DNA of 64,000 nucleotides from the IMG/VR virus record IMGVR_UViG_3300044510_000078. One strand, given 5' to 3'. Positions 8,077 through 17,511 of the stretch are shown here, one piece after another; position 1 is the first letter of the stretch; each line of letters starts with the position of its first letter. Position numbers and translations under genes: made by a program. The notes under the pieces were generated by a model, which saw only the letters and a program-made list of their open reading frames with translations, made no database searches and was not told the DNA's origin. This DNA comes from a virus.

Positions 8077-8741
8077 ATACACCTCCCCAAATTAACCTAA
8101 GAACCTTCACAAACGACCAGTGGGTTTTAGATAAAGTTCTTTATGGAAATTTTTACAAAATTAAGGGACTACCTAACGACAAAGCTGTTATGGATATAGG
8201 GGCTCATATTGGGTATTTTTCAATCCTTTCTGTGCTTAAAGGGGCGGGAAAAGTTTACGCATATGAACCATTTGTAGAAAATTACGAACTACTAATTAAC
8301 AACATCAAAGATTATAAAAAACAAATAATCCCATATTCTATAGGAGTCTATCCCACAGAATCTAATATTAAAATAAACTATCCAGTGTTTAACAAAGAAA
8401 ATTACTACGACTTTAACAATCTTCCAATAGAGCAATCCCAAGATTTTTATAGGACGCTATGCCTTCCCCTCGATAAAATATTACAACAATACGACGACTC
8501 TTTTTCTTTACTTAAAATAAGTTTAGGATATGCGGAAAATGAGATTATAAGAACCTGTGAAAATATTAACAAATTTGAGAATATCTGCTGCGAAACTCAA
8601 TGCGAACCGCAAGAAGTTCAAAAAACTCTTGAATATCTTGGGTCTAAAGGTTTAAAAGACTCTTGGTTTACACAAACCGACGAAGAAACGTTCGTCTTTA
8701 TGGCGTCAAAAGATAAAAAAAACAGTGTTTTTGAACTATAA
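8073..8741 (+). CDS. FkbM-family SAM methyltransferase
   Basis: VMDIGAHIGYFS, VYAYEPFVENY, LLKISLGYAENEII. Confidence 0.8.
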   Translation: MNTPPQINLRTFTNDQWVLDKVLYGNFYKIKGLPNDKAVMDIGAHIGYFSILSVLKGAGKVYAYEPFVENYELLINNIKDYKKQIIPYSIGVYPTESNIKINYPVFNKENYYDFNNLPIEQSQDFYRTLCLPLDKILQQYDDSFSLLKISLGYAENEIIRTCENINKFENICCETQCEPQEVQKTLEYLGSKGLKDSWFTQTDEETFVFMASKDKKNSVFEL

Positions 8742-8746
8742 TAAAA

Positions 8747-9094
8747 ATGCCACAATATATATACTCCCACCCAGAAACGAGCGAAACAATAGAAGTCTTT
8801 CAATCTATGAAAGACGTGCATGAATATATAGACGGCAAAGGAACTAAATGGAACCGAGTGTTTTTAGCTCCAACTGCATCAATAGACACAAAAATAGACT
8901 GTGATTCTTTTTCTGACTTCTCTAGGAAAACAGAAAACAAAAATATGAAACTCGGAGATATGTGGGATTTATCTGGAGAACTAAGTGACAAAAGAATTAA
9001 AAGAAAAGGTCACGACCCAATCAAAGAAAATGCAATAAAAAACTATAGCAAAAAATGCAAAGGAAAACCACACCCACAAGCGTATGAAAACTAA
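8747..9094 (+). CDS. conserved phage protein with FmdB-like N-terminus lacking Zn-ligand cysteines
   Basis: MPQYIYSHPETSETIEVFQSM...WNRVFLAP resembles the FmdB start MP-x-Y-x-Y. Confidence 0.55.
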   Translation: MPQYIYSHPETSETIEVFQSMKDVHEYIDGKGTKWNRVFLAPTASIDTKIDCDSFSDFSRKTENKNMKLGDMWDLSGELSDKRIKRKGHDPIKENAIKNYSKKCKGKPHPQAYEN

Positions 9095-9923
9095 ACTTCA
9101 CAATTGCGGCAGGCTTGAAGTAAGACAATCCTCAATAGAAGGATATGGAGTCTTTGCGACAGAAGAGATAAAACAAGGAGAAATTCTTGAGGAGATTCCT
9201 TTCATTTTATTCCCGCAATATACAGCTTTAGGTAAAAACTTCTACGAATACTTGGACGCAAGCAATTTACTTAAAGAAAACGTCAAAACGACTGAATTTC
9301 TAAGAAAAAATCTTAAATTCAAAGAGCCAGAAAAATACTACTTTAAATGGAGTCCGCCAGAACCAAATATTAATGGAGAGAACATTACATACTGCGTATT
9401 ACCTCTGGGGTTTGGTCCAATATATAATTCTTCAAACACAGAAAACAACGCTGGCTGGCAAATTGACGACAATCTTTTTACATTTATAGCAGAAAAAGAC
9501 ATACAAAAAGACGAAGAAGTTCGAACCTTTTATGGATATTTCTTAGGAGATGATGGGTCAATCTGGAATGCGGACCAAGTTTTTTTCTTTGGGATGGACA
9601 AAGACGGAGAAGGAAAAGTTAGACTTAAAAGCTTGAGATTCAACAGTCAAGAGGCAGTAGAAAAATCAAAAAAAGACACGGGTTTTTCTATGCTTCAATC
9701 AATACTTGCGGAAAATAACAAAGGAGTCGTCCTTAAAAAAATAAACGGAATAACAACTACCGGAGAGAAGAAGTTTTCGTTTGAATTTCCAGAATACTAC
9801 CCATTAAGGTTTTTTTACGCAAAGATAAACGAATTTAAAAGGTCAACGCTCCCAATGGTTGAATTCTCAATCGAAAACCCAAAAGAAAAAACAATTCAAT
9901 CAATTGTAATTAAAAATGGATAA
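9084..9923 (+). CDS. SET-domain protein (putative protein-lysine methyltransferase) with C-terminal extension
   Basis: LEVRQSSIEGYGVFATEEIKQGEILE, LGFGPIYNSS (NHS-like), FIAEKDIQKDEEVRTFYG (ELxFDY-like). Confidence 0.8.
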   Translation: MKTKLHNCGRLEVRQSSIEGYGVFATEEIKQGEILEEIPFILFPQYTALGKNFYEYLDASNLLKENVKTTEFLRKNLKFKEPEKYYFKWSPPEPNINGENITYCVLPLGFGPIYNSSNTENNAGWQIDDNLFTFIAEKDIQKDEEVRTFYGYFLGDDGSIWNADQVFFFGMDKDGEGKVRLKSLRFNSQEAVEKSKKDTGFSMLQSILAENNKGVVLKKINGITTTGEKKFSFEFPEYYPLRFFYAKINEFKRSTLPMVEFSIENPKEKTIQSIVIKNG

Positions 9924-10860
9924 TTTTAAGAATATTTCTGTTAGACTTGAAGGTGGCATGGGGGATTGTTTACTAGGAAACAGATTTATCCCAGCGATAA
10001 AAGAAGCGTATCCAAACTCTGAAATTACAGCATTTATAGATTCAGAGGGAAAAACATTTCAAAAAGAAATTTTGGACTGCTGTTATCCATCATTCTACAA
10101 AGAAATAAAGATAATTCCAAACAAAAAATATAAAGATTTTTGGGTAGATTGTCAATTCGGAACAGACAATTACTATGGGGCGTTAGAAAACGTTCCAGAC
10201 AAAATACTATCAGAGATGTTATCTTATGACAAGTTTTACGACTTACACATTGACTCTCTTAAATGGACTAAGAATAAAACTTGGATAAAATATCATAGAT
10301 TTTTTCCAAAGCCCCATGTGGAACCACTACAGACCCCAAACAGATATATTGTGCTCCACCTAGTTTCTTCAACGTCAGTTGGACACAGAATGGAAGAATG
10401 GTATATCGTAAGACTTATTAAGGAGCTTTTAGAGAGAGGGAACTTTAACATAAAAATAATATCAACCCCAGACACAAATCATTTTTACCAAAACTTAGAA
10501 TCTAAAAGGGTAGAAATCATAAACGCCAATATAAAAACCATTGTTTCGATTATAGGAGGTGCGGCGGGAATGATTTCTACTGATAGCGGATTCCGCTACC
10601 TTGCTTATGGATATAGTATCCCAACCCTCATATTCTCCAAACAAAGTGTCCAGCCATTTTCAGCAATTCCTAGTCACCAGATAAGATGGCTCATTTTTCC
10701 AGAAACGTGTTTTCCGCTACATTACGACGCAACAAGGGTTTCGGAGACATTGCTAAACTGTATAAAAAATCCGGCGCAAATTTTAGTTCCGTATGTTTCA
10801 GATTTTAATAGTCAGTGTGTTTATAGGAATTATATAATAAATACCGAAAGGACAAAATAA
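9916..10860 (+). CDS. glycosyltransferase family 9-like (heptosyltransferase fold)
   Basis: RLEGGMGDCLL at the N-terminus; MISTDSGFRYLAYGYSIPT at the C-terminus. Confidence 0.7.
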   Translation: MDNFKNISVRLEGGMGDCLLGNRFIPAIKEAYPNSEITAFIDSEGKTFQKEILDCCYPSFYKEIKIIPNKKYKDFWVDCQFGTDNYYGALENVPDKILSEMLSYDKFYDLHIDSLKWTKNKTWIKYHRFFPKPHVEPLQTPNRYIVLHLVSSTSVGHRMEEWYIVRLIKELLERGNFNIKIISTPDTNHFYQNLESKRVEIINANIKTIVSIIGGAAGMISTDSGFRYLAYGYSIPTLIFSKQSVQPFSAIPSHQIRWLIFPETCFPLHYDATRVSETLLNCIKNPAQILVPYVSDFNSQCVYRNYIINTERTK

Positions 10861-11447
10861 TGAAAAAAATCATTACAGCAAGCGAATATTTTTACCATCC
10901 ATACAACGGAACGGTAAACAACGAAAGATGTATCGAAATCCCACTCGCGGAACGATATATCAAAACTCTCGAAGACGATATTATTGAAATTGGAGCCGTT
11001 TCCCCATATTACAGAGAGAATAAACACAAAGTTTATGACCCATACGACACGCACCCGAAATCAACAAAACTACACGCAGAAGCTCTAAATATAAAAAGCA
11101 AGAATATTCTCTCCATATCAACGATAGAGCATTTTGGAAATACAAGAGGCTTTGGTTGTAATTTTATTACAGATGAAAAATTCGCCTCTCAAAACTTCCT
11201 TGAGAAACTTGTTGAAGAAGCGGCGTCGTTTTTTGTCAGTGTGCCAATACACGCACACCCAATATTTGACATTTACATCAAACAAAATCTTAAAAAATTT
11301 AATTGGTTTTCTTATGTAAAGCGGCAACAATTCCCTCCGATTTGGGAACTCTGTGAAAACGAAAGCTGTTTTAATCACAAATATGCCAGCCCGTTTGAGT
11401 GCGCCAATGCGGTAATTTTCTTAACAAAAGGGGTGGCGCTTGAATAA
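10860..11447 (+). CDS. SAM-dependent methyltransferase-like protein
   Basis: IIEIGAV glycine motif, YDPYD, ILSISTIEHFG typical of small Rossmann methyltransferase-like proteins in glycan loci. Confidence 0.5.
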   Translation: MKKIITASEYFYHPYNGTVNNERCIEIPLAERYIKTLEDDIIEIGAVSPYYRENKHKVYDPYDTHPKSTKLHAEALNIKSKNILSISTIEHFGNTRGFGCNFITDEKFASQNFLEKLVEEAASFFVSVPIHAHPIFDIYIKQNLKKFNWFSYVKRQQFPPIWELCENESCFNHKYASPFECANAVIFLTKGVALE

Positions 11448-12207
11448 CCTTATAGTAGGTTCAAGATGCGGAGGAATAGGTGATAATCTTGTTTTTACAC
11501 CAATATTCAAGGTATATAAGGACGCAACGATACAATTATTGGAACATCCCAAAAGCCATATAGTCGCACCCATTTTTGATAATATCTGTAATGTAAAATT
11601 TACAAACGAACCAACTAACTGTCCAGAATCATCGCACCCACACACCGCGCAAAAGAAAATAGAAGGAACCGGGATTTCTCATTTGGTGAATTGTATTCCA
11701 TTTATTATTCTAACAGAAAAAGAAATATCTTGGGCTCAAAATTTTTTATCAAACTATACAAACAACCTAGATAATCTACTAGCCGTTTCAGCAGATAATA
11801 ATGGAAGTAAAAACCCAAACGACCTGCACGCACATTACAGGCTACTTCCCAAAGAAAAAATACAGAAAGTTATTGATTTTTATTCCAAAAAATATACGGT
11901 ATTCCAGTTCGCAATGAGTGATAACTATACAAACCTACAGAACTGTATTCCAATCTTGGATTTAACAATAAGAGAAATGGCCGCGTGTTTCGCCATAATT
12001 AAAAGATACACAGGGATTGACACCGGACACTATCATTTGATGCTAGCAGCAGGAGGTGATGCGGTAGTTTTTGTCCCCAACCCATCCTATTTTTACAGCC
12101 ATAAAGAATGGCACTACACGCCCGAGCTTTGGAAAAATGAAATTCCCAGAGTAGAATATATAAACTTCAACAAACTACATGAGCATATTTCTACAATCCA
12201 GAATTAA
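11440..12207 (+). CDS. glycosyltransferase family 9-like
   Basis: GGIGDNLVF; YTGIDTGHYHLMLAAG; TTG start overlapping the upstream stop. Confidence 0.7.
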   Translation: MNNLIVGSRCGGIGDNLVFTPIFKVYKDATIQLLEHPKSHIVAPIFDNICNVKFTNEPTNCPESSHPHTAQKKIEGTGISHLVNCIPFIILTEKEISWAQNFLSNYTNNLDNLLAVSADNNGSKNPNDLHAHYRLLPKEKIQKVIDFYSKKYTVFQFAMSDNYTNLQNCIPILDLTIREMAACFAIIKRYTGIDTGHYHLMLAAGGDAVVFVPNPSYFYSHKEWHYTPELWKNEIPRVEYINFNKLHEHISTIQN

Positions 12208-12820
12208 CCTTAAAGATTTCTGTTCATTTTTTCCGTATAAATGGAAAAACGTAATGGAAATAGGAGTAGGTTCTTGGGACATGAGCCGCGCAAAATATTT
12301 TCTAAATAACGAAGACTGCAAAGTTACGCTCATTGAGCCAAACAAGAATTTTTACAACACGTTAAATAAACATAGGAACGAACATAAAAACCTTGAAATT
12401 AAAAACTTAGCTATTGGAGATAGCGTTACGTGTCTAAAATTTTACGACTATGGGCAGGAATCATATCTGGAAGGAGTTATTCCCCCATTAAGTAAGTTCG
12501 GCCCAGCACCAACGGACAACGCTGCGCCCGTAAATGTCGTAACGATGAAAGAAATTGACGACGGCGCAATAGATATTCTCCTCGCCGACGTAGAAGGTTC
12601 TGAATGGTTTATTCTTAAAAATCTAATAAGCAGACCAAGAATCATAGCCCTAGAAACTCATTGCGAAGCAGAATACACAAATCCCAATATAGAAAAAATC
12701 TGGGACTGGATGAATAAAAATACATACAAGGTCTTATTTAAGAATACAACCGACTCTTTCTATATCCGAGGAGACGATTACGGATGGGGTAAAGGAGGAA
12801 ACACCAATTGGCGCTGTTAA
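12179..12820 (+). CDS. FkbM-family SAM methyltransferase
   Basis: VMEIGVG, LIEPN, NLAIGD, IDILLADVEGSEWFIL, IALETH. Confidence 0.8.
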   Translation: MSIFLQSRINLKDFCSFFPYKWKNVMEIGVGSWDMSRAKYFLNNEDCKVTLIEPNKNFYNTLNKHRNEHKNLEIKNLAIGDSVTCLKFYDYGQESYLEGVIPPLSKFGPAPTDNAAPVNVVTMKEIDDGAIDILLADVEGSEWFILKNLISRPRIIALETHCEAEYTNPNIEKIWDWMNKNTYKVLFKNTTDSFYIRGDDYGWGKGGNTNWRC

Positions 12821-12825
12821 ACCCA

Positions 12826-13632
12826 ATGAAAGCTTTAGGATTTAATCAAGGACAGTATGGGGATATTGTTATGGGGATTGTAGCAGCAAAACAATTTAAA
12901 AAGACATACCCAGACAGCTCATTAACGCTTTCCGTAAATAAAAAATATTCAGATATTTTGCCTCTTTTTTTAAATAACGAATATTTTAATAAATACATCA
13001 TTTGGGAAAACTATAATGATTGGCCATCTGCAAATGATTTAAAACTTTTAGAAGAGGAGGGTTTTAATGTAGTATTTAACCCAATGCCCAAACACGCGAG
13101 AGAAGACTGGTATCTTTTTAGACACCAGACTGATGAATTGTGCTTGATGCACGGATTACAAAGTCCAACAGACTCACAAATAGAATTAAAAACACACTTC
13201 AAAAGACAGCAAAAAGCAAAAAAAATCTGCCTCACCCTATCTGGAGAGACAAGGGGAAGCTGTAAATCTCTCAGTGGCGAACAGAAAATAAATCTTTGTA
13301 ATAGATTAAGAAAAGAAGGATTCACATTAATACAAATCGGAGCAAAAAATGAAGAAAAATACGGAGACATTCAAATTTCTGATTTTTTTATCGGAGCAAA
13401 AACGCTAGTAGAAACAGGACTGCTACTGACCGTTGACACCTGTTGGGCGTGGATAGCGTCTGGATACAAAGTTCCAACCGTCGGACTTTACGGATTCTCA
13501 TACTATCCAAACGCAAAAACAGCAAAAAACTGGATGCCAATTAACCCAAATGCAGAATATTTAGAGTCCACAAACGTCTCAAATATACAAATAGACGAAA
13601 TAATTACTTCAATTAAAAAACTTTATGATTAA
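12826..13632 (+). CDS. glycosyltransferase family 9-like
   Basis: NQGQYGDIVM; IQIGA; LLTVDTCWAWIASGYKVPTVGLYG. Alternative TTG start at 12808. Confidence 0.72.
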   Translation: MKALGFNQGQYGDIVMGIVAAKQFKKTYPDSSLTLSVNKKYSDILPLFLNNEYFNKYIIWENYNDWPSANDLKLLEEEGFNVVFNPMPKHAREDWYLFRHQTDELCLMHGLQSPTDSQIELKTHFKRQQKAKKICLTLSGETRGSCKSLSGEQKINLCNRLRKEGFTLIQIGAKNEEKYGDIQISDFFIGAKTLVETGLLLTVDTCWAWIASGYKVPTVGLYGFSYYPNAKTAKNWMPINPNAEYLESTNVSNIQIDEIITSIKKLYD

Positions 13633-13975
13633 AATATCAGTAGATGAAGGGTATGCGTTTGATTTTTTATCAATCTTAACAATTAAAAAAGACAAAACAA
13701 ACAACAGACAAGCTGGAGTTTACGCCTTCGACACCGCGCTTTCCATTATTGAGCAACTTGGTGTTACAAGGTATTCGGAGATAATAGCTTCACGAGAATA
13801 CAAAAATCTGAATAAAGCAAACGAATTAGTTTTTGACCTAATTAACAAAATAAGAGACGGCGACGACTCTATATCAGCAAATCAAGTTGATACGGCAAAT
13901 AATTTGCGTTTTGAATGTAAAAAAGACCTGCAAAAAAGATTTTTTAATACTGAAACTAAAGAAATAAAAATATGA
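13625..13975 (+). CDS. small helical hypothetical protein (DUF6165-like)
   Basis: MIKISVDEGYAFDFLSILTIK...LNKANELVFDLI...NNLRFECKKDL pattern; family assignment from memory. Confidence 0.5.
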   Translation: MIKISVDEGYAFDFLSILTIKKDKTNNRQAGVYAFDTALSIIEQLGVTRYSEIIASREYKNLNKANELVFDLINKIRDGDDSISANQVDTANNLRFECKKDLQKRFFNTETKEIKI

Positions 13976-14634
13976 AACAATTTGGTATAAGAATGGACGG
14001 ATGCGAAGAGCCAATTGAACAGTTAATAAAAGAACGGTTATCGAACACCGAAAAAGAATTTAATTATCTCGAAATAGGCGTCGCAGAATGCAAAACGCTA
14101 TTAGCCGTCACGCAAATTATTTTAGAAAATAAATTTAATAAAAATTTTACAGTGATTGGATTAGACCTACCAACCTGCGGCTACGTTATGGACAATTTAA
14201 CAAATATTTCAAAAAAATTTCAAGAAATAGCCGATTTCTCCATTCTTTTTGATAACTCAAACGTTCAACCAGACACAGTATCTTTAATTTTAAATAAAAA
14301 CCCAAGAGAAGAAATAATCCCAAAATTAAACTGTGACCTAGACTTTGTGTTTATAGATGGATGCCACGGACGGAATTGTGTCGTTAGTGACTTTTTAGCG
14401 ATAGAAAAAAAAGTAAAACAAAACGGAATAGTCCTGTTCCACGATGTAGGATTAGAAGAGCAAGGAACAGACTGGCAAGACCATTGCAAGGAAAACATAA
14501 ACGTCAGACAAGCCGTGATTGATTTGGGACTTTGGGACGAAACGCGGGTTGGTTGGAAAATTTTAAAATATATAAACGGAACAAGAACAACTGGCGGATA
14601 TGGGAACAGTTGCGCCGCCTTCGTGAAGGATTAA
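13972..14634 (+). CDS. class I SAM methyltransferase (Methyltransf_24-like)
   Basis: YLEIGV, LDFVFIDGCH, GIVLFHD. Confidence 0.8.
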   Translation: MKQFGIRMDGCEEPIEQLIKERLSNTEKEFNYLEIGVAECKTLLAVTQIILENKFNKNFTVIGLDLPTCGYVMDNLTNISKKFQEIADFSILFDNSNVQPDTVSLILNKNPREEIIPKLNCDLDFVFIDGCHGRNCVVSDFLAIEKKVKQNGIVLFHDVGLEEQGTDWQDHCKENINVRQAVIDLGLWDETRVGWKILKYINGTRTTGGYGNSCAAFVKD

Positions 14635-14635
14635 C

Positions 14636-15232
14636 ATGGGGTCACTCAATAAACTTTGTCACTTGCTAGAGGAATTCGCCCCACGAAACCCTATATTTAT
14701 AGAAACCGGGACACACATGGGAAACGGAGTGCTTGAAGCTCAAAAATACCCATTCAAAAAAATAGCTTCCATCGAAATAATTCAAGGACAAGTTCTAAAA
14801 CTCAAAAATTTGTTTAAAACAGACATAAGAGTAGAAATTATATGTGATAACAGCCACCACGGACTTAAAAATTTGCTTCCTCAAATTACCGATAATGCTG
14901 TTTTTTGGCTAGACGCCCACTTCCCCGGCGCAGACTTAAACGTTGCGTCTTACACATCTGAAAAAGACAACGACATAAGACTACCGCTCGAAAAAGAACT
15001 AACGCTGATTAAAAATCTACGGAAAGAATTCAAAGATTTAATTTTATTTGATGACTTGTTTTTATACAAGGATAACGGAGCGCACGTAATGAAGGTTTGG
15101 GGAAACCGGCCAGAAATAATGCCCAAGCAAAGGTTTTCTGCTAACGAATTTTACAAAGATATTTTTAAGGAGACGCACGACTTCGAAGAACTAGACCAAC
15201 ACGAAGGCTACGGAATCCTTAGACCTAAATAA
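14636..15232 (+). CDS. SAM methyltransferase-like protein
   Basis: IFIETGTHMGNG, SIEI, AVFWLDAH, LILFDD. Confidence 0.65.
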   Translation: MGSLNKLCHLLEEFAPRNPIFIETGTHMGNGVLEAQKYPFKKIASIEIIQGQVLKLKNLFKTDIRVEIICDNSHHGLKNLLPQITDNAVFWLDAHFPGADLNVASYTSEKDNDIRLPLEKELTLIKNLRKEFKDLILFDDLFLYKDNGAHVMKVWGNRPEIMPKQRFSANEFYKDIFKETHDFEELDQHEGYGILRPK

Positions 15233-15235
15233 GAT

Positions 15236-16069
15236 ATGCTAATTGACGCATTTCCATTTTGTAACGAATTAGACGTTTTAGATATTAGATTAAATACGTT
15301 AGATGCGTATGTTGACTATTTTATCCTTGTAGAAAGCGAAAAAACACAAACACTAAAAGACAAACCTCTCTATTTCGACAAAAATAAAGAAAGATACGCT
15401 CAATTTCTCAAAAAAATTGTTCATGTCAAAGTTTTGGGAAATGAGTGTTCTGGCCTAGACCCGACAACGTGGCAAATGGAACACTTTCAAAGAAATTGTA
15501 TCCAAAAAGGAATAAATACCATCCAAACAAAGCTCAATCTCACTGCACATGGAGAACATTATGTAATGATTTCCGATGCAGACGAAATTCCAAATTTAGA
15601 AATCTTATACAAAGCAACAAGTAGATGGGACTTGACTAAACCAATTAGCTTTGATATGACATATCATACATTTTATCTAAATCTTCTGACGAAAAACAAA
15701 AGATGGATTGGAACGGTTTTAGCACCGTTAAATACTATTGTCAATGCGACCCCACAAGGAGTAAGAAACTCAAAAGACAACATCGCTCAACAGATAAAAG
15801 GCGGCTGGCATCTGGGATATATGGGCGGAAAAGAGATGGTTTATAAAAAATTCTTTAACTGCGTAGAACCAATGGATAAAAGTCTTATTCCACCCTTTGA
15901 AGTTTTCTCCAAAGAATTTGACAGAAAAATTAAAAATACAGGTTCATTTTTATTTTCTGACAAAAAAGATGACTCCATTACCCTTGAAGAACATCCGGTA
16001 GAATACCCAACCCTACCTCAATACGTAATAGAAAACAAAGAAAAACTAAATCACCTAATTTTCAAATAG
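15236..16069 (+). CDS. glycosyltransferase family 17 (GnT-III-like)
   Basis: FPFCNELDVLDIRLNTLDAYVDYFILVES, EHFQRN, MISDADEIP (DxD), GGWHLGYMGG. Confidence 0.85.
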   Translation: MLIDAFPFCNELDVLDIRLNTLDAYVDYFILVESEKTQTLKDKPLYFDKNKERYAQFLKKIVHVKVLGNECSGLDPTTWQMEHFQRNCIQKGINTIQTKLNLTAHGEHYVMISDADEIPNLEILYKATSRWDLTKPISFDMTYHTFYLNLLTKNKRWIGTVLAPLNTIVNATPQGVRNSKDNIAQQIKGGWHLGYMGGKEMVYKKFFNCVEPMDKSLIPPFEVFSKEFDRKIKNTGSFLFSDKKDDSITLEEHPVEYPTLPQYVIENKEKLNHLIFK

Positions 16070-16079
16070 TCTAACCTAC

Positions 16080-17180
16080 ATGAAAGAAAAGGTTATTGTA
16101 ATTACTGGCATTCTAGGCATGGATGGCTCAAACATGGCGGAATATCTGCTTAAAAATGAACCAGATTTTAAAATAGTTGGAGTTCATCGTCGCTCTGCAA
16201 ATGCAAATTTTAAAAATATAAAAGCTTTTGACAATAACCCTAAATTTTCTTTAGACTACTTGGACCTAGCGGACAGCGTAAGCATAGAAACAGTTATCCG
16301 AAAATACTCTCCAATGTATTTTTTAAATTTTGGTGCTAATTCGTTTGTAGGTTGTAGTTGGGATATGCCGCTGCAAGTTATAGATGTAAACGCATTAGGG
16401 GTATTAAGATGCCTAGAGGCTATAAAACAACACTGCCCAACTTGTAGATTTTATTCAGCAGGAAGTTCCGAAGAGTTTGGGAACGTGGACTATTCGCCAC
16501 AAGACATAAAACACCCAATAAAACCAAGAAGCCCATACGGAGTATCAAAAGCTACAGCAAGACACATCGTTAAGGTTTATAGAGAGTCTTATGGACTATA
16601 TGCAGTGCATGGAATATTATTCAACCACGAAGGAAGTCGTCGTGGAATAGAATTCGTGACAAAAAAAATAACAAACGGCGCTGCAAGAATAGTTCAATCT
16701 ATTAAAAATAATCAAAAATTCGAGCCCATACAACTCGGAAACGTAGATGCAAAACGCGACTGGTCAGACTCTCGTGATTTTGTAGATGGCATCTGGAGAA
16801 TGATTAACCAAGAAAAATATCGCAAACCCAATTGCGGTATCTTTTTCCCAAAAGATTATGTCCTCGCTTCAGGACGAACTAACAGCGTCAGAAAATTTGT
16901 AGAAGTGGCGTTTGAAAAACTAAATTTTTTCCAAAATTTAAGATGGCAAGGAACTGGTCTTACAGAACAATTCACGGGAGATTTCATAAATAATACCGGC
17001 GAACCTTGGAGAGTTCCATTAGTCATTATCAATGAGAAGTTTTACCGACCAAACGAAGTAGAGCTTTTACTGGGGGATTCAACACCAGCAAGAGAAGAGT
17101 TACAGTGGAGTCCACAGATTTCGTTTGACAAACTTGTAGAAGATATGGTAAAATCAGACCTAGATGAAATCTCCAAATAA
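16080..17180 (+). CDS. gmd: GDP-mannose 4,6-dehydratase
   Basis: ITGILGMDGS, NFGANSFVGCSW, FYSAGSSEEF, PRSPYGVSK, LFNHEG, GNVDAKRDWSDSRDFV, YRPNEVELLLGD. Confidence 0.93.
   Translation: MKEKVIVITGILGMDGSNMAEYLLKNEPDFKIVGVHRRSANANFKNIKAFDNNPKFSLDYLDLADSVSIETVIRKYSPMYFLNFGANSFVGCSWDMPLQVIDVNALGVLRCLEAIKQHCPTCRFYSAGSSEEFGNVDYSPQDIKHPIKPRSPYGVSKATARHIVKVYRESYGLYAVHGILFNHEGSRRGIEFVTKKITNGAARIVQSIKNNQKFEPIQLGNVDAKRDWSDSRDFVDGIWRMINQEKYRKPNCGIFFPKDYVLASGRTNSVRKFVEVAFEKLNFFQNLRWQGTGLTEQFTGDFINNTGEPWRVPLVIINEKFYRPNEVELLLGDSTPAREELQWSPQISFDKLVEDMVKSDLDEISK
17125..17154 (+). promoter_or_regulatory. sigma70-type promoter inside the gmd 3' end, ahead of the recA block
   Basis: TTGACA-18 bp-TAAAAT with extended TGn; ATG at 17164. 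Confidence 0.5.
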
Positions 17181-17511
17181 ATACCAAAAATTAATTTTAA
17201 GATTTCTTAAAGACACAAAATATTTTAAACAAACCGAATGGAAAAGAGAAACCGCGCTGGCAAAAAAACTATTACTAGAAAATTCAATAGATTTTTGGAT
17301 GTCAGTTTCGCTGCCCTTTGAACTTAATTCTTTAGCTTGGTTTCTTACGCCAGAAGGCAAGACTCACGTAGCGGTTACAGAAAAGAAGCTTGTCCTAGAT
17401 TTGAAAAAAGAAGCTACATTCTCTATTATAGAAGAACCAAAACAAAGCGAAAATACAGAAGTTAAAAAACCTCAAACAATATTAGATTTTTTAAAACATG
17501 GCAAAACATAA
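17164..17511 (+). CDS. hypothetical protein
   Basis: 115-aa ORF overlapping gmd stop and recA start; no recognised motif. Confidence 0.65.
   Translation: MKSPNKYQKLILRFLKDTKYFKQTEWKRETALAKKLLLENSIDFWMSVSLPFELNSLAWFLTPEGKTHVAVTEKKLVLDLKKEATFSIIEEPKQSENTEVKKPQTILDFLKHGKT

Noticed and set aside
8747-9094. Zinc-binding FmdB regulator
   Set aside because: The CxxC pairs are absent; only the N-terminal pattern is similar.
6985-17180. Bacterial chromosomal LPS locus rather than phage DNA
   Set aside because: It is contiguous with a phage sigma, split DnaE, tape measure and tail genes, and no wzx/wzy, ABC transporter or housekeeping genes are present.
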